DNA from: an uncultured Gemmatimonadales bacterium
Lineage (GTDB): Bacteria; Gemmatimonadota; Gemmatimonadetes; Gemmatimonadales; GWC2-71-9
Assembly: GCA_963821525.1 (NCBI GenBank)
Contig: CAWGED010000005.1
Coordinates: 196,675 to 260,674, forward strand
Direction: 5' to 3'
Length of the DNA stretch: 64,000 nt
The translations under genes were made by a program, and so were the position numbers. Positions 62,673-64,000 of the stretch are shown here, piece by piece (the first letter of the stretch is position 1; every line of letters begins with the position of its first letter). A model generated the notes under the pieces. The model made no database searches. It had not been told where the DNA came from and was given only the letters and a program-made list of their open reading frames with translations.

Positions 62673-63766
62673 GGTTCCTCCAGCGCCCAGAGGTCAGCAC
62701 TGGGGAGGGGGCGAGCCCCGCCGAGATCCACGTATGACTCGACCACGAGCCTCTGTCCCGATGGGGAGAGCGCCGGATACCGGTGCAGCCGGCCCGGCAT
62801 GGTGATGTCGGTTTCCAGTCCGGAGGTGAGATCAACCGAGAAAAGCCGGCCACCAAAGTCCCGGGTTATGGGTCCCAGGACTGGGTCGTTTGTGAAGGTG
62901 ATGTCGCCGCCGACGATCGCGACCAGACGGTTGCCCGAGACCTGCACATCCCGCGCGATTCCCGCCACCCCGAAGTCGTGCACTGTCTGGACGTTTGTGG
63001 TCGCCAGGTCCATGCGGTACACGGCGCTGCTGTTCGCCACGGTGTAATAGATCGCTTTGCCGTCCGGGGTCGGCTGCACCGAGGACGCGAGCGAGGTTCC
63101 CGGAATGATGCCGACCACCGGACTACCACCGTTCAGGTCGATCCTCGCGATCTCGATTCCCGTGACCACGGTGTCGGGCGGTTCAAATGGAGCCGGAGGG
63201 ACGTAGTCGATCCTGGCGGCGACGTAGATCAGTGCGTCATCGCCCAGCCAGGCCATGTGGACGGGGATGTCATGGATCTGGGTGCTGGGCGAGACAAAGG
63301 GGAATTTCTGGATGGTGTCGACGTGGATCAGATCGTCCAGCCGGGTGACCAGGAGCTCACGATGATTGGGCGTGAGCGCGAATTGCTCGCCGACGCTGGA
63401 CAGGTAGACGAGGAGCGAATCGGAAACCACCGGGCGTTCCAGGGCATCGATCGAATCGATGCTGAACGACGCGTGGGTGCAGAGGGTGAGGGTGCGGGTG
63501 CCGCCTCCCGGAGGCAATTCCGCGATGCAGCGATCACGCTGAGACGAATCCGTCCGCTCGTAGCTGTAGAACAACCCTGTCTCGTCCGGTTTCCAGACGG
63601 GGAAGAGATCGGTTCCCAGGTTGAGGGTCAGCTGTCGGGGGACGGCCGTGCTGAAAGGGCCTTCAGGGGTGAAGGCTCCGGTGGAGAACGGCTCGGTGTG
63701 CTCACAGCCCACAGTCAGGGCGGCCAGCAGGTACAGGACGCCCTTCGGGAGGGGGCTCCGGTTCAC
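62669..63766 (-). CDS. lipoprotein, probable beta-propeller (TolB-like repeats)
   Basis: Lipobox LAALTVGC|EH. Repeated P.WxPDG-like and SPSGQRLV motifs. Stop overlaps the receptor ATG. Confidence 0.55.
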   Translation of the reverse strand: MNRSPLPKGVLYLLAALTVGCEHTEPFSTGAFTPEGPFSTAVPRQLTLNLGTDLFPVWKPDETGLFYSYERTDSSQRDRCIAELPPGGGTRTLTLCTHASFSIDSIDALERPVVSDSLLVYLSSVGEQFALTPNHRELLVTRLDDLIHVDTIQKFPFVSPSTQIHDIPVHMAWLGDDALIYVAARIDYVPPAPFEPPDTVVTGIEIARIDLNGGSPVVGIIPGTSLASSVQPTPDGKAIYYTVANSSAVYRMDLATTNVQTVHDFGVAGIARDVQVSGNRLVAIVGGDITFTNDPVLGPITRDFGGRLFSVDLTSGLETDITMPGRLHRYPALSPSGQRLVVESYVDLGGARPLPSADLWALEEP

Positions 63767-64000
63767 GAGTGTTCCATGTCTTCTGGGTTGTTGCTAAGAC
63801 GAACGAACGGCGTCGCGGCTACACGCGTTGGTGGGCCAAGTGTACCGCTGGTGGGGGCGGGCGGGAAGAGGAGGCGATCGATGTCCGATTCCGGGACGGT
63901 CGAATCCCACAGCCGAACGGAAGCGCAACCTTCCGCGGGAACGCCGAGTCTAAGTGCTTGTCGTTTCAGCCTTGAGAAGGCGTCCCCCGAGTCACCTGAG

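Overview
High-GC bacterial chromosomal segment, densely packed with mostly minus-strand housekeeping and envelope genes. No rRNA, tRNA, CRISPR or recognisable mobile element was found. By eye it resembles a soil Gemmatimonadota/Acidobacteria-type genome, but I cannot verify that. Recognisable genes include waaA, a TPM-nucleotidyltransferase-LemA operon, metG, ricT/PSP1, accA, dnaE, hisIE and a lipA-pdhABC-lpd-lipB block. There is also a PQQ alcohol dehydrogenase locus with two cupredoxins, an OFA-type MFS transporter and a porin. Further along are an ECF sigma/anti-sigma pair next to DUF6702-HupE-TPR-DUF4331 genes, a hybrid histidine kinase operon with two glycosyltransferases, a POT peptide transporter, cydAB and a TonB-dependent receptor. 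Three points stand out. (1) At least 12 intergenic spacers are built from tandem 7-nt units arranged as complementary arrays (long imperfect hairpins). Exact strings are shared between loci, so this is a dispersed repeat family that I do not recognise. (2) The PQQ dehydrogenase carries the D-x-D signature used to predict lanthanide dependence. It is flanked by sulfocyanin/rusticyanin-type cupredoxins rather than a cytochrome c. (3) Roughly 35 reading-frame breaks interrupt otherwise well-conserved genes, including essential ones. Indel errors in the assembly explain this better than real pseudogenisation, and it limits what can be said about any single gene. Many long ORFs in the track are antisense or off-frame artefacts of high GC.
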